NCBI GenBank assembly: GCA_963697435.1 | Contig: CAVOOB010000002.1 | Span: forward strand, 452,601 to 516,600 | Origin: an uncultured Gemmatimonadales bacterium | GTDB taxonomy: Bacteria; Gemmatimonadota; Gemmatimonadetes; Gemmatimonadales; GWC2-71-9 | Reading direction: 5' to 3' | Length of the DNA: 64,000 nucleotides | Shown here: piece after piece, positions 36,122 to 45,582 of the stretch | Layout of the letters: each line of letters opens with the position of its first letter | Position numbering within the stretch: position 1 is the stretch's first letter | Program-made: the position numbers and the translations under genes | Notes under the pieces: generated by a model | The model's database searches: none | What the model was told of the DNA's origin: nothing | What the model saw: the letters and a program-made list of their open reading frames with translations, nothing else

Positions 36122-37552
36122 ATGAGCCTGGCACCGAAGATCATCGTCGCCGACGACGATCAGGCCCTGACCCGCACGCTGTCCTGGATTCTCAAGGACA
36201 ACGGGTATGAGGTCACGACCGTGCCCGGCGGAGAAAACCTCCTCGATCACCTTCTCGCCGAGCAGTTCGACCTTCTCCTCCTCGACATCATGATGCCGAA
36301 GGTGGACGGGCTCCAGCTCCTTGAAAAGGTCAAGACCGACTATCGATTCAAGGACCTCCCCGTCCTGATGATTTCGTCGATGCCGCCCGAGGAGGCGACC
36401 GTCCGCGCTCTCGGCCTCGGCGCCGCGGACTTCATCTCCAAGCCGTTCCGCGTGCGGGAACTCCTGGCGCGCGTGAAGGCGCATCTCCGTACCGGCCGCG
36501 AACTCAACCAGGCCCGCGCCGAGGCGCGCTCCCGCACCGAGATGGTGGACATCCTGCAGGAAGTGACCGCCACGCTCAAGCCGGATGAGATCTACCAGAT
36601 CCTCGTGCGGCGGGTGGCGCGCGGGCTCCGCATCTCGAAGTGCTCCATTCTGATTGGCTCGCCGGAAGACGAGGCCGGGACGGTCGTCGCGGCGTACGAA
36701 AACCCGATGCTCCGCAATCTTCGGGTCGACCTCCGCCGCTATCCCGAGATTCAGCAGGCGCTCACCTCAGGCGACGTTGTGCTGGTGCAGGACGTGCTCA
36801 CCGATCCCCTCTATTCCGCGGTCCGTGCGGAATGGGAAGCGGAAGGGGTCGCCGTACCGACGCGCTCCGCGCTGGCGTTGCCGTTCCAGCTGAAGGGACA
36901 GCAAGTGGGGGTGTTCTTCCTCCGCACAACCGCGGAGGACGCACCGCTCAACGAGCAGGACGTCCAGTTCGCCGACCAGGTCATCAAGGCGGCCGTCGCC
37001 GCGCTCGAGAAGGCGTACGACCTCGAGACCGCCATGGACGGCCAGGAACAGATGCGGCATCTGGCAGAAACCGACCCGCTGACCGACACCTACAATCGCC
37101 GCGCGCTCAGCGACAAGCTGGTCCAGGAAATGGAGCGCGCCGAGCGCTACGGGACGGTGCTCACCTGCCTGATGGTGGATATCGACGAGTTCAAGAAGAT
37201 CAATGACGAACACGGGCACCTCACCGGCGACCGGGTGCTGCGCAGTCTGGCCAACCTTCTCAAGCGCGAACAGCGGGCCGTGGATGTCCTGGCGCGCTAC
37301 GGGGGGGAAGAGTTCACCCTGCTCCTCCCGGAGACGGGCCCGACCGGCGCACGGATCTTTGCCGAACGGATCATCCGCCGCGTGGCGGCGCATGACTTCG
37401 GCGAGTCCGGGCGGCCGGTCCAGCTGACCATCAGCATCGGCGTGGCCACCTATCCCGACGAGCGCATTACGGACCCGGAATCGTTCCTCAAGCTGGCCGA
37501 CGCCAACATGTACAAGGCAAAGGCGGACGGCCGCAACCGGTTTCGCGATTGA
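36122..37552 (+). CDS. response regulator with GAF and GGDEF (diguanylate cyclase) domains
   Basis: 476 aa. REC domain (DLLLLDIMMPKVDG), central GAF-like region, and a GGDEF domain with RYGGEEF. The ATG follows the upstream TGA directly. Confidence 0.9.
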   Translation: MSLAPKIIVADDDQALTRTLSWILKDNGYEVTTVPGGENLLDHLLAEQFDLLLLDIMMPKVDGLQLLEKVKTDYRFKDLPVLMISSMPPEEATVRALGLGAADFISKPFRVRELLARVKAHLRTGRELNQARAEARSRTEMVDILQEVTATLKPDEIYQILVRRVARGLRISKCSILIGSPEDEAGTVVAAYENPMLRNLRVDLRRYPEIQQALTSGDVVLVQDVLTDPLYSAVRAEWEAEGVAVPTRSALALPFQLKGQQVGVFFLRTTAEDAPLNEQDVQFADQVIKAAVAALEKAYDLETAMDGQEQMRHLAETDPLTDTYNRRALSDKLVQEMERAERYGTVLTCLMVDIDEFKKINDEHGHLTGDRVLRSLANLLKREQRAVDVLARYGGEEFTLLLPETGPTGARIFAERIIRRVAAHDFGESGRPVQLTISIGVATYPDERITDPESFLKLADANMYKAKADGRNRFRD

Positions 37553-38532
37553 GCGCCCTGCGCTGCCCCCAGTGCCGGGCAGTGTACGCCGAGCCGGCGC
37601 GGTTCTGTACGCGCGACGGCACGGCCCTCGAGCCGAAGGAGGAGGCGTCCGACCTCCCCGGGACCGTCCTCGATGAGCGGTTCGAAGTGCGCAAACAGAT
37701 CGGGGAAGGGGGCATGGCGGCGGTCTTCCTGGCGACCGACCGCACCACGGGCGCGGATGTCGCGGTCAAGGTACTCGCCGCCCATCTCATGACCGATCCG
37801 CAGTCCGTCGAGCGCTTCAAGCGCGAGGCGCTGATTGCCAGCCGGTTCGACCACGCCAGCGTCTGTCCCATCCTCCAGCTCGGCGCCACTCCCGCAGGGC
37901 TGGTGTACCTCGTGATGCCCTGGCTCCCGGGCGAGGCGCTGCACGAGCGGATCAACCGCACCGGCCCGCTGCCCCTCGGGGAGGGCCTCGCGCTCCTGCT
38001 GCAGGTGGTGCGCGGCCTCCAGCACGCGCACGAACTGGGCGTGTTGCACCGGGACCTGAAGCCCGAGAACATCATGCTGGTCGATGACCCGGCGCTGCCG
38101 GGCGGCACGCGCGCCGTGGTGATGGACTTCGGCCTGGCACTCGAACTCATGCGCCGCCCGGCGAGCCAGAAGCTCACGGCGGCCGGCGTCATCCTCGGTA
38201 CGCCGGAGTTCATGAGCCCCGAACAGATCCGGGGCCGCGACCTCGACGCCCGCAGCGACGTCTACTCCCTCGGCATCCTCGCCTTCGAGATGTTTGCCGG
38301 ACGACTGCCCTTCGATGGCGAGACGGCGCAGGAACTCCAGATCGCGCGGCTGCGTGGCCAGCCGACGCAGCTGCGCGCCGTCCGTCCGGAGATGCCGGCG
38401 CGCCTGGAGGCGGCGCTCATGCGCGCACTCGCCATGGATCCCGCCAACCGCTTTCCCACGATGGCCGCCTTTGGAGACGCGCTCGATACCGTCCTCCGTT
38501 CCACTCCTCCCGGCCAGGCGGCCCAGGCATGA
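37549..38532 (+). CDS. Ser/Thr protein kinase with N-terminal zinc-ribbon
   Basis: 327 aa with CPQC..FCTRDG, GEGGMAAVF, HRDLKPENIM, DFGLA and GTPEFMSPE. TTG start overlaps the upstream stop (TTGA). Confidence 0.88.
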   Translation: MSALRCPQCRAVYAEPARFCTRDGTALEPKEEASDLPGTVLDERFEVRKQIGEGGMAAVFLATDRTTGADVAVKVLAAHLMTDPQSVERFKREALIASRFDHASVCPILQLGATPAGLVYLVMPWLPGEALHERINRTGPLPLGEGLALLLQVVRGLQHAHELGVLHRDLKPENIMLVDDPALPGGTRAVVMDFGLALELMRRPASQKLTAAGVILGTPEFMSPEQIRGRDLDARSDVYSLGILAFEMFAGRLPFDGETAQELQIARLRGQPTQLRAVRPEMPARLEAALMRALAMDPANRFPTMAAFGDALDTVLRSTPPGQAAQA

Positions 38533-39626
38533 AGCGCTATCCCGCGTTTGAACCGCCCGAGTACGTGAACTGGAAGGCCGATCCCGGCCTGGTGGATGCC
38601 TTTCGCGCCACCATCAACCGGCTTCCGGAACGGCAGGAAGTCATCGCGCGGCTCTCCCGTGATGAGTTGCTGACTTTCTACGCGCGGCTGGTCCGGGCGC
38701 GGCAGCATGATATCGCCCTCGCGCGGTGGGTGCGGCAGGGAGTGATCACCAAGGCGTGGCTCGGCACGGGCGAGGAAGCGGCGACCGTGGGGCCGGTGTT
38801 TGCGCTCGACCGGACGGTCGATTTCGTTGCCCCCATGATCCGCAACGCCGCGGCCTGTTGCGACATGGGGATGCCGCTCGCCGATATGCTGCGCGCGTAT
38901 CTCGCCACGGCCGACTCCCCCTCCGGCGGACACGACCTGCACGCCGGGTCCCAGGCGCACCACGTCCTGCAGCCGGTCTCGCCGGTCGGCGTGATGGTGC
39001 CGGTGTCGGCGGGGATCGCCCTGGCCGGCCGGATCAGCGGGACACCGCGCGTGGTGATGAACTGGGTCGGCGACGGCTCCGCCAAGTCGGGGGCCAGCCA
39101 CGAGGGGCTGAACTTCGCGGCGGTCCAGCGGCTGCCGGTCGTGTACATCCTCCAGAACAACCAGGTGGCGCTCGGGACCCGGCTCGACCAGCATCACCTC
39201 GACAGCGACTTTGCCGACTGGCCCGCTGCGTACGGCATGGCAGGATGGACCTTCGACGGCAACAACGTGCTCGACGCCTACGCCGCGGCCGTGCTCGCGG
39301 TGGAGCGGTGTCGCCGTGGCGAAGGGCCGGTGTTGCTGCTGGCGAACACCTTCCGGATGGGAGGGCACGCCACGCACGATGAGCGTGAGGCCCGCGCGAC
39401 CTTCCCCGCCGAGCTGTTCACCTACTGGGGGCAGCGGGACCCGATCGGTCTCTACGAGGCGTATCTCAAGGATGCCGGGGTCACGGAATCGGAACTCGCC
39501 GACGTGGAGTCCGCCGCCACCGCCGTCGTCGAAGCCGCGGCGGAGGCCGCGCTGGCGAGTCGAGACCATCTCCCCGAGCCCAGTTCCGCCCTGGACGGGG
39601 TGTATGCAGGGGGGACTGAGGACTGA
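38529..39626 (+). CDS. thiamine-diphosphate-dependent 2-oxoacid dehydrogenase E1 alpha subunit
   Basis: 365 aa with ..NWVGDGSAKSGASHEGLNFAAV..LPVVYILQNNQVALGT.. (TPP motif). ATGA overlap with the kinase. No E1 beta follows. Its stop lies in a GGACTGA unit. Confidence 0.85.
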   Translation: MKRYPAFEPPEYVNWKADPGLVDAFRATINRLPERQEVIARLSRDELLTFYARLVRARQHDIALARWVRQGVITKAWLGTGEEAATVGPVFALDRTVDFVAPMIRNAAACCDMGMPLADMLRAYLATADSPSGGHDLHAGSQAHHVLQPVSPVGVMVPVSAGIALAGRISGTPRVVMNWVGDGSAKSGASHEGLNFAAVQRLPVVYILQNNQVALGTRLDQHHLDSDFADWPAAYGMAGWTFDGNNVLDAYAAAVLAVERCRRGEGPVLLLANTFRMGGHATHDEREARATFPAELFTYWGQRDPIGLYEAYLKDAGVTESELADVESAATAVVEAAAEAALASRDHLPEPSSALDGVYAGGTED

Positions 39627-39629
39627 GGG
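39613..39629 (+). repeat. heptamer array (GGACTGA), 2 units + GGG
   Basis: GGACTGA GGACTGA GGG. The second TGA is the stop of the E1 alpha gene. Confidence 0.7.
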
Positions 39630-39630
39630 C

Positions 39631-39654
39631 GTTTCGTGTTTTCGTGTTTTCGTG
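39631..39654 (+). repeat. TTTCGTG-type 7-8-mer array, 3 units
   Basis: GTTTCGTG TTTTCGTG TTTTCGTG, immediately after the heptamer units. Confidence 0.75.
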
Positions 39655-39675
39655 AATTCAGTACCTGGAGGAACC

Positions 39676-40452
39676 ATGCGACGTTCACTGACCGCTATCC
39701 TGACACTCGCTGCCGTGGCCGTGCTCGCCGCGTGGATGGTTCGGCCCCGTGCCGCGGGCGAGCCGCACGGCCAGTGGGTCAAGTTCACCAACGCCGCCGG
39801 CGACTCAATCCCGGCGTACGTCGCATGGCCTGAGCGCAGCAACCGCGCACCCACCGTACTGGTCATCCACCAGATCTTTGGACTGACGGAGTGGGAAACC
39901 ACGGTGGTGAACAGGCTGGCGGCGCAGGGATATGTCGCCATCGCGCCGGACCTCCTCGCCTCCAAGTACGGCAAGTCGCCTGCGAACCCCGATTCGGCGC
40001 GGAAGCTCTTCGCGGGGCTCACGAGCGAGCGTGTCATGGGCGATCTCGACGCCACTGCCGCCTTCGTGGATACCCTCCCCGGCGCGGCCCGCGGGCAGAT
40101 GGCGAGCATCGGGTTCTGCTGGGGTGGGCAGCAGAGCTTTGCGTACGCCACCCACAACCCCAAGCTCAAGGCCGCCGTCGTCTGTTACGGCCCCGCCCCG
40201 GACTCCGCCGCGATGGCGCGCATCCAGGCGCCAATCCTTGGTGTGTATGCCGAGAACGATGCACGCGTCAACGACCCGCTGCCACAGGTGAGCGCCACGA
40301 TGAAGGCGCTCGGAAAGCCGTTTACCTACAACATCTACCCCGGCACGGGCCATGGCTTCCTGACCCCGGGCCGGAAGGGGAATGACACCGACCAGCCGGA
40401 CAGGGCGTGGGCTCGGATATTTGATTTCTACAAACAGACACTCAAGGACTGA
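39676..40452 (+). CDS. secreted dienelactone hydrolase family protein
   Basis: GGAGGAAC RBS before ATG 39676. Signal peptide, then ..VLVIHQIFGL.., GFCWGG (nucleophile elbow) and GTGHGF. Confidence 0.88.
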   Translation: MRRSLTAILTLAAVAVLAAWMVRPRAAGEPHGQWVKFTNAAGDSIPAYVAWPERSNRAPTVLVIHQIFGLTEWETTVVNRLAAQGYVAIAPDLLASKYGKSPANPDSARKLFAGLTSERVMGDLDATAAFVDTLPGAARGQMASIGFCWGGQQSFAYATHNPKLKAAVVCYGPAPDSAAMARIQAPILGVYAENDARVNDPLPQVSATMKALGKPFTYNIYPGTGHGFLTPGRKGNDTDQPDRAWARIFDFYKQTLKD

Positions 40453-40483
40453 GGGCTGATACGTATTTATGAACGGGGTCGAA

Positions 40484-40514
40484 CTCGTGGTTTCGTGGTT
40501 TCGTGGCTTCGTGC
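40484..40514 (+). repeat. TTTCGTGG 8-mer array, about 4 units
   Basis: CTCGTGG TTTCGTGG TTTCGTGG CTTCGTGC. Translated as VVSWFRGFV in the head of track ORF 40469. Confidence 0.75.
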
Positions 40515-41287
40515 ATTCGGTTCCCTGCGCGCTGCCCATCGCACTGCTGGCCTCATTGACGAGCTGCCGGGTGTCCATGTCGCCCGTGCAGAATCGCCTG
40601 GCGCCGGGCGAGGAGCCGTTCGCGGTATTCGTGGCGACGGGCGAGGCAGGCACCGGCGATCTCTTCGCAGTCCGCGCCGACGGTGGAACCACCTTTCCGA
40701 TTACGTACACTCGTGTTCGCGAAATGGCGCCTGCGCTCTCACCCACGGGAACCGACCTGGCCTTCATCCGCGAAGGGGCGCGTGGTGATCCCTCCTCCCG
40801 CCGTGTCGTCGTGATGAACCTGCTGAGCGGTGCGGAGCGTGTTGTTCCTGCGGCTGACACCCCTCCGGACGCCGTGGCCTGGAGCGACGACGCGACACTT
40901 CTCTATCTGCGCACGGGCGCAACCACGCTCGTCGCCCACGCCCCTCCCGCGGATGCCGCGACGCGCCCCCTCGACAGGCTCGAGGCGTTGCGCGCCGATT
41001 CCGCGTTCATGGTACTGGTCGGTACCCCGGCCTTCGCGCGAGTGATCGATTGCCCGGAAGGTGGCGTCTGCGTGGAACAGGGGGGCGGCAAGCGCACGCT
41101 CTATTCAGCGGATGGCAGGGGACCTGCACGGTGGGGAAGCGATTCGGTGGGCTATTTCGTCGGCTCGGCGTTCTTCATCCGCCCCCTTGGGCCGGGGCGG
41201 ATGCGCGAGCTCAGGCTCACCCCGCCGCGACTGGATCCGCGGGAGATGACCTACTTTCCGGGGCCGGCAGGGCAGGGGCCGCAATAG
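40511..41287 (+). CDS. lipoprotein with TolB-like segment, unknown function
   Basis: Track ORF 40469-41287 trimmed to GTG 40511 (VHSVPCALPIALLASLTSC lipobox), because the first 14 codons are an 8-mer repeat array. Start uncertain. Confidence 0.5.
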   Translation: MHSVPCALPIALLASLTSCRVSMSPVQNRLAPGEEPFAVFVATGEAGTGDLFAVRADGGTTFPITYTRVREMAPALSPTGTDLAFIREGARGDPSSRRVVVMNLLSGAERVVPAADTPPDAVAWSDDATLLYLRTGATTLVAHAPPADAATRPLDRLEALRADSAFMVLVGTPAFARVIDCPEGGVCVEQGGGKRTLYSADGRGPARWGSDSVGYFVGSAFFIRPLGPGRMRELRLTPPRLDPREMTYFPGPAGQGPQ

Positions 41288-41876
41288 CGCTCCACGCCGA
41301 CTCGATGGCCTGGCCGACCGGGGGCTGATCCATGCTCCACTCTCGCGAGGCGACGCGCTCGATGATGAACGCCAGGATCACCAGCCAGACCGACGTCCAG
41401 AGCTCTGCCGGGCCCGCCCGCACCATTCCGTCCGCCTTCCCCGCCGCCACCACCTGCTGAACCGCCTCCCGGAATTCACGCGCCGCGTCCCGGCTCGGCA
41501 CATCCAGGTGTTTCCCGTCGCGCTGGCGGAGGAGCATCCGCGCTCCCGCAGGGTCCCGTTCGGCCGTTTCCACGAACCGCCGCGCGATTCGCACCAGCCG
41601 CTCCGGCGCCTTCAGCGAGCGGTCAGCATCGACGTCCCGGACCACGCCGGTGGCCCAGCGCTGGGTGCCGCGGTACACCTCGTTGAGGAGGTGTTCCTTG
41701 CTGGTGAAGTGACGGTAGATCGTCCCCTCCGCCACGCCGGCCCGCTCGGCAATCATGGGCGTGGTGCTGGCCAGAAACCCTTCATCTGTAAAGAGTTCCA
41801 GCGCTGCCCGGAGAAGTTTCTGCCGGGTTCCCTCGCCGTCGCGACGGGTGGGCGTGGGGGGGACGGGAGTGCTCAT
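41217..41876 (-). CDS. TetR family transcriptional regulator
   Basis: Internal ATG at codon 28 of the track ORF. HTH region TRQKLLRAALELFTDEGFLASTTPMIAERAGVAEGTIYRHFTSKEHLL. Confidence 0.88.
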   Translation of the reverse strand: MSTPVPPTPTRRDGEGTRQKLLRAALELFTDEGFLASTTPMIAERAGVAEGTIYRHFTSKEHLLNEVYRGTQRWATGVVRDVDADRSLKAPERLVRIARRFVETAERDPAGARMLLRQRDGKHLDVPSRDAAREFREAVQQVVAAGKADGMVRAGPAELWTSVWLVILAFIIERVASREWSMDQPPVGQAIESAWSAIAAPALPAPESRSSPADPVAAG

Positions 41877-41967
41877 CTGGCTCCTGATCTCCGGGTTGAA
41901 GCCGGAAGCTGGTCCGGGGTAGATTTCAAGGCTGTCTCCAAACTCGTGATTTGACAAGGACTAATGT

Positions 41968-43113
41968 ATGAAGATGTTGGTTCTCGGTGCCGGCCTGCAG
42001 GGCTGCGCCACCGCCTTCGACCTCCTCCAGAATCCGGCCGTCACCCAGGTGACCATCGCCGACCTTCACCCCGAACGGATGGCTCCGTTCCTCGATCCGT
42101 ACAAGGGGACCGACCGCCTGAAGGCCGTCAAGCTCGACGTGAAGGACCTCCCGTCGGCGACCGCCCTGATGCGCGGCCATGTCTCCGTGATGAGCGCCAT
42201 CCCCTACTACTTCAACGGGCCAATGGCGGCCAGCGCGGTCGAGGCCGGATGTCATTTTTCCGACCTGGGTGGCAATACCGAGATCGTCTTCGAGCAGAAA
42301 AAGCTGCATGACGCCGCCCTCGCGAAGGGGCTGTCCATCATTCCCGACTGTGGCCTCGCACCTGGCATGGTGAACATCCTGGCCGCCGAGGGAATCCGCC
42401 GGTTTGACAAGGCCGAGAAGGTCAAGATCTATGTCGGGGGCCTGCCGCGGCACCCTGAACCGCCACTCAACTACCAGATCGTCTACTCGCTCGAGGGCGC
42501 TCTCGACTACTACACCACCACCTCGTGGGTGCTTCGAGGCGGCAAGCGCACAGCGGTGGAGGCCCTCAGTGAGCTGGAGCCGGTGGTCTTTCCGGAGCCG
42601 GTCGGCACGCTCGAGGCGTTCCATACCGCCGGCGGTGTCAGCACCATGCCGTTCAGTTACGAGGGGAAGGTGGAGGTCCTGGAGTACAAGACGCTCCGCT
42701 ATCCGGGTCATGTCGCCATCATGAAGCCGATTCGCGAGCTCGGCCTCCTCGGGAACGAACCGATCGACGTGAAGGGGGTCAAGGTGCGCCCCCGCGATGT
42801 GTTCATTGCCGCCGCGACGCCGGTGCTGAAGAAGCCGAAGGCCGAGGACCTCGTGGCGCTGCGTGTGGAAGCGAGCGGCATCAAGGACGGGAAACCGGGT
42901 ACGGTGGTGTGGCAGCTGGTTGACCACAAGGATACCGAGCGGAATATCAGCGCCATGATGCGGACCACCGGCTACTCGCTGGCCATCACGGGCCTGATGC
43001 AGGCGGACGGCCGCGTGAAGGCCAAGGGCGTCCTCACCCCTGACGAGGCGATGCCGTTCCAGGCGTATGTGGACGAACTCGCCAAGCGCGGTGTGATCAT
43101 CCGGGAACTCTAG
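41968..43113 (+). CDS. saccharopine dehydrogenase family oxidoreductase
   Basis: 381 aa with the Rossmann start MKMLVLGAGLQG and ..IPDCGLAPGMVNIL... Divergent from the TetR gene. Confidence 0.82.
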   Translation: MKMLVLGAGLQGCATAFDLLQNPAVTQVTIADLHPERMAPFLDPYKGTDRLKAVKLDVKDLPSATALMRGHVSVMSAIPYYFNGPMAASAVEAGCHFSDLGGNTEIVFEQKKLHDAALAKGLSIIPDCGLAPGMVNILAAEGIRRFDKAEKVKIYVGGLPRHPEPPLNYQIVYSLEGALDYYTTTSWVLRGGKRTAVEALSELEPVVFPEPVGTLEAFHTAGGVSTMPFSYEGKVEVLEYKTLRYPGHVAIMKPIRELGLLGNEPIDVKGVKVRPRDVFIAAATPVLKKPKAEDLVALRVEASGIKDGKPGTVVWQLVDHKDTERNISAMMRTTGYSLAITGLMQADGRVKAKGVLTPDEAMPFQAYVDELAKRGVIIREL

Positions 43114-43209
43114 CTCCCCCAGCAGTGTTCAGTGCGTGACGGACGCGAGAGCCGCCGTTGGGGTTGCCCCCGCGGCGGCTCTGTCACATCGACTGGGAAG
43201 GACATCGAC

Positions 43210-43770
43210 ATGCTCGACTTTGCATCGCTGTGGCGGACCGCGCTGCCGTATCACGAGTTCGTCGCCGCAAGTACGGCGCACTGCGGATTGTGGGTCGGCG
43301 TCCACAAGTTCGCGAGGCTGCCTGCGTGGTCGGAGGGGCTCGACCTGAGCGACGGCCCGCGCCGGCTGCTGGTGCTGGCGGAGGACTGGTGTGGCGACGC
43401 ATCGAACACGATCCCGGTCCTGGCGAAGCTGGTGGAAGCGGTGCCGGGGCTGGAACTCCGTGTCCTCCGCCGCGATGAGCACCCTGCCGTGATGGACGCG
43501 TACCTCACGAGTGGATCGCGGTCGATCCCGATCGTGATTGCGCTTGATATGGAGTACAGGGAGTTGGGCCACTGGGGTCCGCGCCCGGCGGAACTGCAGG
43601 CATGGGTGATCGCCAACAAGGACAGCCTTGCGAAGGACGAACTCTATTCGCAGGCGCGCAAGTGGTACGCCCGCGACCGGGGCGAAGCCACTCTCCGCGA
43701 GGTGCTGTCGATCGCTACGGGTCTTTCGATACCCGTGCCGGGGCCGGCACCGACTCCAACTCCGGCGTAA
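43210..43770 (+). CDS. thioredoxin-fold protein
   Basis: ATG 43210 (MLDFASLW..). ..[19 protein letters not shown].. (single-Cys WCGD motif), ..SIPIVIALD... Confidence 0.65.
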   Translation: MLDFASLWRTALPYHEFVAASTAHCGLWVGVHKFARLPAWSEGLDLSDGPRRLLVLAEDWCGDASNTIPVLAKLVEAVPGLELRVLRRDEHPAVMDAYLTSGSRSIPIVIALDMEYRELGHWGPRPAELQAWVIANKDSLAKDELYSQARKWYARDRGEATLREVLSIATGLSIPVPGPAPTPTPA

Positions 43771-45561
43771 AGTCCTCGCCGGGATTGATGAACCGGTCCA
43801 TTTCCACATTGTACTGCCGATCGTAGAGCTGTCGGTACCGCCCGTTCAGGGCCAGCAACTCGTGGTGCGTGCCCCGTTCGACAATCTCGCCCCCCTCCAG
43901 CACCAGGATCTGGTCCGCGGTCACAATCGTCGAGAGTCGGTGCGCGATGACGAAGGTGGTCCGCCCGCGTCGCAGCGCGCGCAAGCCATCCTGGATCTGG
44001 GCCTCGCTTTCGCTGTCCAGCGAACTGGTGGCCTCGTCGAGAATGAGGATCTTCGGGTTGGCGAGAATGGCCCGCGCAATGGCAATCCGCTGCCGCTGCC
44101 CCCGGAGAGCTTGATGCCCCGCTCCCCCACCACCGTGTCATACCCGTCGTCGAATCCGCGGATGAACTCATCGGCGTGCGCCACCCGCGCGACGGCGACG
44201 ATATCTTCCCGCGTCGCGTGCGGCCGGGCGAAGGCGATGTTGTCGGCGACGGTCCCGTCGAAGAGGAAATTCTCCTGCAGCACCACGCCGATGGTGCGCC
44301 GGAACTCGTAGAGCCGGATCGTGGCCAGGTCCCGGCCGTCGATCAGCACGCGGCCGGACTTCGGCCGGTTGAACGCCATCGCCAGCGAAATGAGCGTGCT
44401 CTTGCCGCCGCCCGAGGCGCCCACCAGCGCGGTGGTCGTTCCGGCGGGGGCCTCGAATGAGATTCCCTTGATGACCGGCACATCGGGATTGTACTCGAAC
44501 CAGACGGAGTCGAACGCGACGTCGCCACGGATGTCGCCGACCGGCTCGCGGACCGCGTCTTCCTGATCCTCGGTGGCCAGGAGCCGGATTTCGCGAATCC
44601 GGTCCAGGCCCGCAAAGGCCTCCGTGATCTGGGTCCCGATCGAGGCGATCTGCACCATCGGTGCGGCCATCAGCCCGGTGAAGAAGACGTACATGACCAG
44701 GTCGCCCACCGTCATCCGACCGGCGAGCACATCTCCGCCACCGACGAGGAGCATCAACACGCCGATACCCCCGACGATGGCCGTGGCGAAGGCCCCCGTG
44801 CCCGAGACGGCCGTGATCGACTGCGCCACGTTCCGAAAGAGGCGGTGCGCCCCGGTGGCGAACACGTACCGCTCGCGGCGCTCCGCGCTGTACGCCTTCA
44901 CGATCCGGATACCGCCGAGGGTCTCGGCCAGTCGGCCGGTGACATCGGCGTTGATCTTGCCGCGATCACGAAACAGTGGCCGCAGGTGCTTGAAGAAGAG
45001 GGCCATCCCGACGCCGAAGATGATCAACACCGTCAGGGTGACGGCCGTCAGCTTCCAGTTGAGCCAGAAAAGCACCCCGACGGCGATCAAGGCGGTCACG
45101 AACCCGCCGGCCAGTTGCACCAGGCCCGTGCCGACGAGGTTCCGGATGCCTTCGGCGTCGGTCATGATGCGAGAAATCAGGATGCCGGTCTTGGTCGAGT
45201 CGAAATAGCTGACCGGGAGCCGGGCCACGTGGGCCTGCACCCGTTTCCGCATGTCGGTGATCGCCCGCTGCGCGGCCACGCCGAGGACCTGCGACAGCGC
45301 GAAGCCGGTCGCCGCCTGCACCAAGGTGGCCACGCCGACCGCCAGCGCAATGCGCGGCAGCAGCTCGGCCTGCTGCTTCCCGATCACGTCGTCGATCAGG
45401 TACTTGGAGGAGGCCGGCAGCACGAGCCCCGCCAGACGGCTGAACAGCATGAGCGAGAAGCCGATCGCCAGCCGTCCACGATGCTCCAGCACGACCTCGC
45501 GGGCTTCCGCCCAGGCGGCCTTGTAATTGACTTTTGGTTTTTGGGGGGTCAGGTCAGCCAT
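43715..45561 (-). pseudogene. ABCB/MsbA-type ABC exporter (TMD-NBD), frame broken by a 1-nt indel (possible assembly error)
   Basis: Track ORF 43921-45561 carries the TMD, Walker A GASGGGKST and LSGG, then nonsense. Track ORF 43715-43984 carries ..[11 protein letters not shown]... The frames join as [14 protein letters not shown] if the C5 run at 44099-44103 were C6. Confidence 0.85.
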
Positions 45562-45582
45562 GCACGGAAAGTAATCGGTCCG

